Source: Aplysia californica
Taxonomy: Eukaryota
Length of the DNA stretch: 64,000 nucleotides
Reading direction: 5' to 3'
NCBI RefSeq assembly: GCF_000002075.1
Contig: NW_004798408.1
Location: 67,339 to 131,338 of the forward strand
Positions 23,301 to 33,466 of the stretch are shown in pieces (position 1 is the first letter of the stretch; the number at the start of each line of letters is the position of its first letter). The notes under the pieces were generated by a model. It was not told the origin of the DNA. It saw only the letters and a list, made by a program, of their open reading frames with translations, and ran no database searches. Position numbers and translations under genes: made by a program.

Positions 23301-26300
23301 TTGTTGACCGGGAACTTTTTAAATTAAATAATGCAAGGTGATCAGCATATATCTTTTTTTTTTTTTTTTTTACTCTTTCCAGGTGGTGCCATTAAGTTTA
23401 TGAAAAATGAGAAGAATCCGATCACGCCCATCAACAAGTAGGTATAGCATTTAAGTGCTGAATATACTGAGCAGTTTATTAAAAATTACTGTATTCTTTT
23501 TTTTTTAAAGATGTATTTTCTGTTACTTTCTTTCACCTTCACTGTCTAATTCTTTAAGACACTTGTCTTTATTTTATGCGAGCAGTTTTGAGAGAAAGAC
23601 TTGTATGTCAGTGAATTACAAGAACAGAAAGTGGGTTGAAAAAAAAACCAACCCTCATAATTATATGTGGTTGTCGTCTCTGAGAAATTTCCTAAAAACT
23701 CTCACTGTTGTCTGTCCGGGAAATAGAGCTGCTGTTGTTGTTGCGCTTCCTACCTTTAGTCCAGTGTCATGGGGTTCTAGGAACTCAAGTTTTGTTCAAT
23801 TATTGTGTGTGGGTGATCGGCGGGTGCTGTGGTGTGGTGTGCTTTTTTCCCATAAAGCATCTGTCGTCTTTATCTCCCCTCCTTGTTTTTTATGTTTGTT
23901 ACTCTCTTGTAACAAGTCCGGGTTCAAGCCTCGATTCGGACACAGATTTTTTCCGCCCCCTCCTGCCCACCCAGCAGTAATGGGTACCTGACTTCGAGTT
24001 GGGGAAGTAAAGGCGGCGTGGAAAGGAACTGGCCACCCTACCACAATATGCCGAAGGTCCAGGAAGTTGTCTCACTAACAAGGCAGTCCTCAATGTCCGG
24101 ATTGGATGCGGGAACAGCTTTTCTTTTTACTCTCTTGTAACACCTCTAATCTTCGGCACTTATATGACCTTATTGTGTTGCAAGCGATGGAAACTCTTAC
24201 TAAAACAAACAAACAATTATTGTGAAGTTCCATTGGGTGTTTTCTATACATTTGATCTCAAAGAGAAATGAGTCACTATGATGTTCTTGTTCTTAAAAGT
24301 TGGAGGTATATTTTGGGGGGAAATATGTTTTGTTCTTTCCATCTTTCCTGCATGATTTGTTACATGTGAGTGAACAATGAATCTGTCAGAGATAGTATTG
24401 TCTTGTGTGTGTGTTCTATTTGCTGTGTATTTTTGTCTGTATTTCACTCCTCTCTTCCAGTCTTCCATCGTCTTTGTCTTTATCTATAATCTCACTCCTC
24501 TCTTCCAGTCTTCCATCGTCTTTGTCTATATCTATAATCTCACTCCTCTCTTCCAGTCTTCCATCGTTTTTGTCTATATCTATAATCTCACTCCTCTCTT
24601 CCAGTCTTCCATCGTCTTTGTCTATATCTATAATCTCACTCCTCTCTTCCAGTCTTCCATTGTCTTTGTCTATATCTATAATCTCACTCCTCTCTTCCAG
24701 TCTTCCGTCGTCTTTGTCTATATCTATAATCTCACTACTCTCTTCCAGTCTTCCATTGTCTTTGTCTATATCTATAATCTCACTCCTCGCTTCCAGTCTT
24801 CCATCGTCTTTGTCTATATCTATCATCTCACTACTCTCTTCCAGAATGCCCACATTACCCATCATGCTAGTCAACACAACAGTTCCCAGGAGCACCAAGG
24901 CGCTAGTGGCAAAGTTCCGACAGAAATACGACACGGTAAGTCTGTTTTTTATGCACACAGAAATATACTTTTAAAAACTAACATGTCAGGTACATGACAG
25001 TTGATGCTATATTTACAGCGAGTTAGTTTTGTAAGAATGAAAGGTCATAATATTAGTCAATGTGGCTGTCTTCTACTCAAATACCACAGACCTGTTGTAT
25101 AAAAATTGTGTTGCGACAATTCACTGATTGGCAGCAATGTGTCTGGTTTCCCAAACCAACTACTTACATACATTATTAGTTTATAGCTGTACCATATTTG
25201 AAGTGTGCTGATAAAATGAGTTACTTCTCGCAATCCACAAATGGAGATATTTGGCCTAAAATCGACATTTTGGTCAAATTTGTAGATATTCTCTATTGAT
25301 GCCATATTCTTTAAGTATAACATGCCTTTTTATTATTTCATACTTATAAATGATAAAACTTCACCTGTGAATGAGGTCGATGTATCTATTTCCATACGGC
25401 TGGAATCCGAGAAGCAACTCATTTTGTCGGCACCCTTCACATTTTTTAGTTGTCTCTTCCAAAGATGTAGGCCTATAGCCTAGAGATTTTTACCAAAGCT
25501 TGCTCAGCTAAAAATGAACTCCTCAAATTTGGGAATGACTTACTTCTGTTTCTCTCGTGGTTTCCCTCAGTACCGAGATGTGTGTGACCCCATCCTACAG
25601 GCCATGGAGTCTATTGCCAACAGGAGTCTGGACGTCTTTACTGAACTTTGCGATAAGCCCAGTGAAGGTTGCTATACGTCCCTCGCGGTAAGTTCAGAGC
25701 TTTGAATCATGAATGTTTTCCTGCACTGTGAATGGATCGCTGGAGTGCTTTGTCGTTCTTGTCCAAGGACAGACTTTTGAATTTCTTTCTTGTATTCAGA
25801 GAGTGAGGGAATTCCGTCAAATCTTGATAAAAGCTTTGTGTGGATTTGAAGACCAGGAGAGGACAAATATTGGTACTCTAAATTGATAACCCACTTTTTG
25901 TGTTGCGTGTACAGTAGTTCTAAAGTTTGTTTTGAATTTCATTTTGACAACAGACATATTTATAATTTTCCAAATAATGCTTATTTCAACAATCTGAACT
26001 AGGCTATACTGAATCAGGTTTGTAATATTTATATAAACTAACTGTAAACTATACAGCGTCGCATTAATAATAATTGTTACTGTACTGTATCACCAGTGTA
26101 TGAAACATTTTGTTACAGTCAACTGGACTACGTGTATCACTTTATAACGATCAAAGATACAACGCTATGTATAACATTTTGTTACAGTCAACTTTTACCG
26201 AATGTACCATTTTATAAGTTAACTGTACAGCGCTACATAGTGCATTTTGTAACATTTCGTACCACTTTGTAACATTTCGTAACATTTGGTAACTGCGCTA

Positions 26301-26611
26301 ACTCCCAGGACCTGGTGGACATGAACCAACAACTGCTGGACCTGATGGGCATGGGGCACCCCGCCCTCGACCAGATTGTCTCCGTCGCCGCCAAGAACGG
26401 ACTACACGCAAAGCTGACCGGCGCTGGTGGTGGTGGTTGTGCCTTCGTCCTTATTCCTCCGAGTAAGTTCTGTCGTTCCTTGTCTCCTTTTTTCTGTCAT
26501 TCCTTCTGTTGTTCCTTTTGTTCTTCTCTAACACTGACAGTTATGTCCTTGCTCCTAGGTCTGGTACACATTTTTTGTGTTGTGCTCTGTAAATGTGTCG
26601 GTCTGTGTGTG

Positions 26612-26644
<33 letters not shown>

Positions 26645-26923
26645 TTCTGTCTGTCTGTCCATCTGCCTGTCTGTCTGTCTGCCTGTCTGTCTGTTCTGGT
26701 GACGTTGATGGTTTTGCGGAGACACCTCATTTCGCATGCATTGATTAAAAAAAATTTTTTTTTACCTGCTCCATTCCTAGTAGAAAATGTTCTTTTCTTT
26801 TCTGACTTCCCAGGTACCGAGGCGTCTTGTCTGGAGAAGTTGAGGTCAGAGCTGGAGAGTTTGGGTCAACAGGTGTGGATGAACGCCACGGTGGGGGGTC
26901 ACGGGGTGCGCAGACATTTGTGA
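20279..26923 (+). CDS. MVK: Mevalonate kinase (GHMP kinase family); 10 coding exons, 391 aa
   Basis: join(20279..20365,21230..21383,21515..21665,22249..22354,22817..22967,23383..23437,24845..24935,25571..25687,26309..26462,26814..26923) = 1176 nt, all GT-AG, phases consistent. Motifs: [29 protein letters not shown] (ATP loop), [10 protein letters not shown] (catalytic Asp), [23 protein letters not shown]. Confidence 0.97.
21230..21383 (+). CDS. MVK: MVK exon 2
   Basis: [16 protein letters not shown]...LQFPDIG... Confidence 0.93.
21515..21665 (+). CDS. MVK: MVK exon 3
   Basis: ...[18 protein letters not shown]. Confidence 0.92.
22249..22354 (+). CDS. MVK: MVK exon 4
   Basis: [35 protein letters not shown]. 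Confidence 0.95.
22817..22967 (+). CDS. MVK: MVK exon 5
   Basis: FSGAINAE...[28 protein letters not shown]. Confidence 0.93.
23383..23437 (+). CDS. MVK: MVK exon 6
   Basis: [18 protein letters not shown], long polypyrimidine tract. Confidence 0.9.
23915..24126 (+). mobile_element. 5'-truncated SINE with RTE-like tail nested in a short retroposon, 16-bp TSD
   Basis: TSD TTACTCTCTTGTAACA at 23899-23914 and 24127-24142; B-box remnant GGTTCAAGCC, CACCCAGCAGTAATGGGTACC, ACTGGCCACCCTACC. Confidence 0.75.
24443..24844. repeat. 48-bp minisatellite (~8.4 units) made of the MVK exon 7 splice acceptor
   Basis: Unit CTCACTCCTCTCTTCCAGTCTTCCATCGTCTTTGTCTATATCTATAAT. Confidence 0.95.
24845..24935 (+). 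CDS. MVK: MVK exon 7
   Basis: [30 protein letters not shown]. Confidence 0.92.
25571..25687 (+). CDS. MVK: MVK exon 8
   Basis: [20 protein letters not shown]...YTSLA. Confidence 0.93.
26309..26462 (+). CDS. MVK: MVK exon 9
   Basis: [21 protein letters not shown]...[17 protein letters not shown]. Confidence 0.95.
26814..26923 (+). CDS. MVK: MVK exon 10 (last coding)
   Basis: [35 protein letters not shown]. Confidence 0.92.
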
Positions 26924-27065
26924 TGTTTCTCGGCCCGTGGGTGTGGGGAGGGGGTGAGGGGGGTCACGGAGTGCACAGACATTTGTGATGTTTCCCGGCC
27001 TGAGGGTGTGGGGAGGGGGGGGGGGGGTCACGAGCCACAGCTGAGCTCTGGGAGGAAGCCTCTAT

Positions 27066-27249
27066 CTGTCCCCGCGGTTTTATGCACCCAAAAAAATATT
27101 AGGAAATTGTACAAATTGAGCCCAAACATGTGAAATTATGCGATTCTGTTCATTTTAACACAGAATGACAACGGAAAATAATCCGAAATTATGCAAAAAA
27201 TGATAAAATTTTGCTTAATTATGCGGGGTGCATAAAACGGTGGGGACAG
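27066..27249. mobile_element. MITE, CTGTCCC-TIR family
   Basis: Clear terminal inverted repeats. Confidence 0.75.
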
Positions 27250-27256
27250 CTCTCTA

Positions 27257-27925
27257 TAGTTTGTTCACTTTCGCCTGACTGCAGTTACAACAAGATAAAG
27301 TGAAATGACTCTGTTCAATCTTCTCCGATCTTTGCATACGGGTCTAAAAGTGGGGTGGTCAACAGAATCTATAAGTCCATTTGTAAAAGTCACTGCAGAC
27401 TGAGGTTCCCACAGTTTTCTTTGATGTAAGCCTAAAGCGGGTCAAAAAAATAATAGGGGATTTCCAGCCTACACGTAAGACATTCAAAAGTTGACATATT
27501 TTCCTCAACACCACACTTTAACGTTCGCCAAAGAAACACAATTCAAGAGACGGGGTGAGTGTTTTTCAAGACTCACGTGGAGCACGTGGAGACGTCTAGA
27601 CAGCCGGGGGATGAAATCTTCAAGCTTACACTGAAATGTGGGGGCAGGGTGGTGTCGCTGTCTCAAAATGAGCTATTTGTTGGCAAGATTACTGTAAGTC
27701 ATTTATTTTAATTTTAGTGATCCTGTGTATGTATCCACAGAGGGGATTTTTAATATGGGGTCCAAAGAGAAAAACTTTTTTATTACTGGATCAAGATTTT
27801 AAAAAAAAAAATTTCTGTTTGGTCATTGGCCTTCAAAAATGCCGTGCAAAGTTTCATGGGTGTAGGTTTATTTCCTCAATGAGCTAGAATGTTTTTAGCT
27901 CGGTCAGATGAAAGTGAACAAGCTG
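27257..27925. mobile_element. Tc1/mariner-like non-autonomous element (TA TSD)
   Basis: ta|tagtttgttcactttcgcctgac ... gtcagatgaaagtgaacaagctg|ta. Confidence 0.7.
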
Positions 27926-28412
27926 TAACTATCAAATTTTACCAAGAGTCTTTAGAAGTGTTTGTACCAGCTCTACGCAGGACTGCCAGAATTTTTTGAA
28001 TGGGTTATGGAAAAAGTGATTTGAATTGTTGTTGATTTTATGATTATTATTGTTTCAGGGTGTTTTTTCTTCTTAGAATAACAAATTCCTTTTCACACTT
28101 TCCTGTTACCATTCTTTGCTAACTATGACAGCCCATTTGTTCAACTTCCTAGGTGTTTATGTTATTTTGTGTGGATGGTTGGCGGGTGCTCTGGTGTGGT
28201 TTGCTCCTTCTTTCCTATCAAACATCTGTCGTTCTTATCTCTCCTCCTCCTTTTTGTGTTTGTTACTTTCTTGTAACACCTATATTCTTCGGCACTTATA
28301 TGACCTTATTGTGTTGTAAGTGCCGTTAAACTCTTACTAAAACTATAACTATGTTCTTTTGTGGTTGTGAAAGAACTTGATTTTGGCCGGGTTGAACAGG
28401 AAAGGGTTAAAT

Positions 28413-28415
<3 letters not shown>

Positions 28416-28470
<55 letters not shown>
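28416..28470. repeat. (CAT)n microsatellite
   Basis: Seen directly. Confidence 0.95.
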
Positions 28471-28471
<1 letters not shown>

Positions 28472-30048
28472 GCCTCTCTCCCCTTGGGTCAAGGAATCCG
28501 GCCACCAACAAACACTTTCCGTGAGTGGTTGGCGGGTGCTCTGGTGTGGTTTGCTTCTTCTTTCCTATCAAAATCTGTCATCCTTATTTTTTTATGTTTG
28601 TTACTCTCTTGTAACACCTCTAATCCTCTGGCGCTCATATGACCTTATGCAGTTGCGGGCGCCGCAAAACCTCTACTAAAACTTTTAAAAACATTTTCCG
28701 CTTTTCTCTATCCTGGGCTAGCTACCGCTCCCTGACTTTATTCCACGACTTTCCACTTTTCTCAACATCATTCTCTGTTTGTTACTCCTCTGGAAGTTCC
28801 ATAGGGTCTTTCTCTTCATCTCTTACCCTGTTGATTCCTGTCCAGCACTTTCTTTGTTAAATGATCTTTACTTTTCCGATCCAGCTTTCTTTGTTAAATG
28901 ATAAAATAGTCAAATATTTTTTGTTTGACTTTATGGGAAAGGAGGCAGTTTATTCTTTGCAACTTTATGCTCATAACATTGTTATTAATTATTGTCCCTT
29001 TGTGGAGAAAGAGGGAATTTCTCGAGTCACGAGCGATGGGTCAGGGTAGAATTGGTTTGTTCCTTGTTTCCTTTTGTTTTTTACGACAATCGCAAAAGAA
29101 CGCTCAAATGATGGGTGAGGAGCTCTCCCTCAGAGATTTGGCTTACTTCTGTGCCATACTTCTTGACTGACAGCTGATCACCTGTTTACTTGTTGTTGTT
29201 GTTGTTGTTTTTTTAAACATGACAAATTTTATTTTATTTAACTTTAATTTTATTCATGTCAACTTCTTGAAACCGGTGGCTCGTTTGCTCCATAGGACTA
29301 GGATGTAGTATTTTGAGGTGTTTGTACAAAATTCTGTAGAAGTACCATTATTAAAATAGTTGCAAATGAATTTTCACTTAAAAAACTGTACCCCTTATTA
29401 TAATCAAAATAGCATGAACATAAGAATCAACATTCCAGCCTCAAGCTTTGTATTATTTCTGTTTTGAATTAAAAGTATCTTGTGCAACCCTCACCCCCTA
29501 TCTAAATTGTCTGCTTACTGTTTGGGAATCGTAAAGAATTGCTTTGGTAAGGGGCTGAACCATTGCCCTACCGCAGAAGTACAAAGATCTATCTGACATT
29601 TTTGGCCGTTTTGAGTTACTACGACCGTGTGGTAAGATACCAAATATTCTATCTCAATCTGCTCTATCACAATCTTAAGATTTTTCGGAGTCATTATCAA
29701 GATATTCAAAGAATTGCTTTTGAAAAAGCTTGACTGACATGTTGTGGAACTCAACATCTTTGATGACAAATGTCTCAAAACTTGGCACTGAGCAGATAGA
29801 ACAGTGTAATTCTGAGGTAGCGATTGGTTTATGTGCTGGACAATTTCCTGGTTCCCAGAGTTGAGTATCAAACTATGCAATGTCGCTCTCGACATCGAAT
29901 ACTTTTTTGACTTGTAATGTCTTACGATGCTCAAATTCTTTGTCGTTTTGTGGTTTTTAAAATTGTTGTTTGTTGCAGAAATTAAACAGATATGAAGATG
30001 AACGAATAATTTCTTTGTCGCCTTTCCTTTTTTCTAGAGATGTGAGCT

Positions 30049-30572
30049 GGGGGGTTCTCGTGGCCTAGAGGTTGAGGTGTTCGCCTCTCATTCAATAGGT
30101 CCTGGGTTCGAATCCGGATAGCAACCGAAAATGTTCTTATCTAACCTTTTCCCCTTTCACATCCTTTCGTGCTCTCTAACCGTGCTCTGTTGTCTGCTTT
30201 CATCTCCACTTTCTACCCCCACCTCTCCTTCTTGGCCCCCTCCTCTGGGCTCCTGGCTCATTCTGCAGCCTTTCTACTGCTACTCCATGGCTCCTTCTTA
30301 CTGCTGTCTTTCAGCCACACCCCTAAATCTTAGGGTAGGTAAGATCTAACACCTAGCCTTCTTGGGTAACGGCGAATAATCTCGGAGGTTCTGTGTGCAA
30401 GTTGCGCATGATAAAGATCCCTTGGTGGTCCTAAAATCAATAAGAGTAGGCTTCAGCCTCCACCCACGCTCAAAATTCGAAATTAATTTCTACCAAACCG
30501 TAAATGCTAATGTGTCCATCGTGCTCATATGACCTTATGCAATTGCAAGCACTGTAAAACACTTATTGAAAA
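30049..30572 (+). mobile_element. tRNA-derived SINE with Meta/MESC-like central domain and I/Nimb-like tail
   Basis: Head with GTGGCCTAGAGG and GGTTCGAATCC; centre GCATGATAAAGATCCC...AAGAGTAGG; tail GCTCATATGACCTTATGCAATTGCAAGCACTGTAAAAC. Confidence 0.7.
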
Positions 30573-30699
30573 AAAGACAGAATGAACCAGCCATGAACGA
30601 TGCTGCTTACAAGAGGTCTGTGGCTGACAAACCATGAACGACAAACTTTGAAGCTGTTCACGACAGTCTATCACAGCTTCGAAGAGCCATTAGTACATG

Positions 30700-30940
30700 T
30701 GGTCGCTTTCAAGGACAAGCGGGCTAACCCAGATTTCGGGGGTTTCCAGAAATCTTGACCTACACCAAAAGTGGGCATTGCCCTACCTATAGAAGTTTGG
30801 TTTCATCGGTGTGTATATTTGTTTGGTTATAGAGAAAACTCTCCTTGTTTAAAGAAACTGAACAAGGGGCAAAAACTTTACCTTCTATTTTCTCAAAACA
30901 GCATTTTTCGGGAAAGCCCCCTGGTGCTTAAAGGCGACCA
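30700..30940. mobile_element. MITE, TGGTCGC-TIR family
   Basis: tggtcgctttcaaggacaagc...ggtgcttaaaggcgacca. Confidence 0.8.
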
Positions 30941-32453
30941 TGTATGCATTAACAAACAATCCCCAATAATTGTAAAACTACAAACAAAACGAAGACAGTG
31001 ATGAAAAGCAAAGCTCAAGCTTTATTTAAATATCTCTCTTAGAATTTTATTACTAATCATGAGTAGTATGCAATAGATAATAATGTTAATAAAAAATATG
31101 TGTAATAATGGAAATAATAACGGTAATAATAATAATATAATAAAAATAATTTATAAAAATAATACTAGTATAATAATATCTTAATTCAAGATGGATCGCG
31201 TGTACAAAAATTCTGGTTGTTATTTTAAGCCTGTGAAATGAACGAGGCCAGGAATCAGCTTCCACAATAGCATGATAAGACAATTAAATCGTAACAGACA
31301 TAAGACATACATACAGACAGAATTTCACGACAACTCGGAAATTGCCAAAGAGAGCGTGCATGGCACAAACTGACCACCTGAACACAACAACAGACACACG
31401 TATCAACTTCACAGGGTGGACGTCAAGTGTGACTCTTGCTTTAGTAAAAGTTTTACGGCACTTGCAACACAATAAGGTTATATAAGTGCCGAAGATTAAA
31501 GGTGTTACAAGAGAGTATCAAACACAAAATAGAAAGACGGGAGATAAGGACGATAGTTGTCTGATAGGAAAGAGGAAGCAAACCGCACCAGAGCACCCGC
31601 CAACCACCAACGATTATTTCTTTATTTTTGCTGTGCACCCTCGTAAAACACCAGGATAAGCTATATCGAAGACAAAGTGTTGACGTCTCTAACAAGGAAC
31701 CAGGCATAGAAATCGATTTTTTATAAGAAAGAAGGAGCAAATCACACCAGAGCACCCATCAATCACCCACACGGCAAATACTCATATAAAACATACGACT
31801 ATTATAGTCTATATACCAAACTAGAGGGCAGCACTAGGGTAACGGAGAAAGTATATATATAAAGTACTGGTATTGGACTTGAACAGTGAACAGAACTGAG
31901 ACTAAGGAAATCCTAGGGTAAAAATGTAAAGGTGGAAATAAACACATAAAATAAAGACATAAGAAATGAATACAGACATAAGAAATACAGACATAAGAAA
32001 TAAATACAGACATAAGAAATAAAGACATAAGAAATGAATACAGACATAAGCAATAAAGACATAAGATACAGAAGTTCAGTTCAAAATGTTGGGTACAATG
32101 GTCTCCATAAATAATACGCTTGCTCAATACCATACGATAAAGGCCACATTCATTCCTCTAGAGAACGAAGAATGAAGATTCCTCATTGTTTGGAGCGCAT
32201 TGTGAAAAAAAATAAATTTCATGTCTTTTAATTAAAAATTACTTGGAAATTTGATCACAACACATTCATTTCAATTTACGATGTGTTAGTTGGCCATAGT
32301 ATAGGAAGGTCATGGGGCCAGTCATTTTGGCTTTGTCAGATCTAACTTGAGCCGTTATCGAGGCACACAGACAAGTTGCTGTGGACACACGACAAAACAC
32401 AGCACAGCAGACAAGTTACACACTGCGGTGGAGTGGCGGGCCGGGAATCAAAA

Positions 32454-32888
32454 TGTGTCACAACGCGGTGGAATCAGGCTCTCGTCAATTTTGGGCATAT
32501 TGAGTTATTGGTATCATCTTAAAGCTTGTTCATTTGTCTTGCTTTCAATGAAAAAATTAACCATCCATTTTCAAAAGAAGTGGAGATATTTTTGAATGAA
32601 GGAGGTGGGGGTCACCTGATTTAAGAGGTAAAATTAGCGAGAAAATGACCACCAAAGCTTGGTAACTTTCACAGCTGGATAGTCCATGGAAACTGTACAT
32701 GTACATTTTTGTGCCTTTAATCAATGTTTTTCGGTGAAATCCTCCCAGGAATTTGTTTGTAAATGAACATGAAAGGTGTGGAGCCAAAAAACAAAAATTT
32801 GATAAAAATTGCTAAGTGGGGAGAAAACTGCTGTTTTCTTCGATTTCATTATTTTGATGAGAGTCTGATTTCACCACGAAGCCTCATA
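32454..32888. mobile_element. MITE-like element, 4888-5324 family
   Basis: Shared IRs and internal sequence. Confidence 0.8.
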
Positions 32889-33287
32889 AATGGTCTAAAA
32901 TTTCAAACAAAGAAATATATAAAAGCATAAGGATATTGTCAGAATAAGCATCAATGTGTATTGCTCTTTAGAGTATGTGTCTATATAACTCTAAAGGTCT
33001 TACTTTTAATTAAATTCCTGCATTTGGTTGAATGATGCATCTGATGTGATATCTACATTTTGTCAGCTTAACTTATCTTTTTTAGAGTAATATATAATTT
33101 AAATTTTTATCTATACCTGCATGTGTTTTTATGGTCCTGTACAGCCAAGAAAGACTTCCCTCTGGGATAATAAAGTATTATCTTATCTCTCATCTTATCT
33201 TGCACTGGGTCAACTCTTATTTGTTAGCTCCCTAATCAACACGCGAGGTGGGGGGGGGGGGGGGGGGGGTGAAGAAACTGTACTAAA

Positions 33288-33466
33288 CTGTCCCTGTGGT
33301 TTTCAGCACCCCGCATAATTGAGCAAAATTTGATTATTTTTTGCATAATTTCTGATTATTTTCCTTTATCATTCTTTGTTAAAATTAACAGAATCGCATC
33401 ATTTCACATTTTTGGGCTCAGTTTGCATAATTTCAGAATTTTTTTTGCATTAAACCACAGAGACAG
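33288..33466. mobile_element. MITE, CTGTCCC-TIR family
   Basis: Similar to 4263-4440. Confidence 0.72.

Noticed and set aside
24377-24997. Long repetitive ORFs on both strands
   Set aside because: They result from translating the 48-bp minisatellite; only 24845-24935 is conserved MVK coding sequence.
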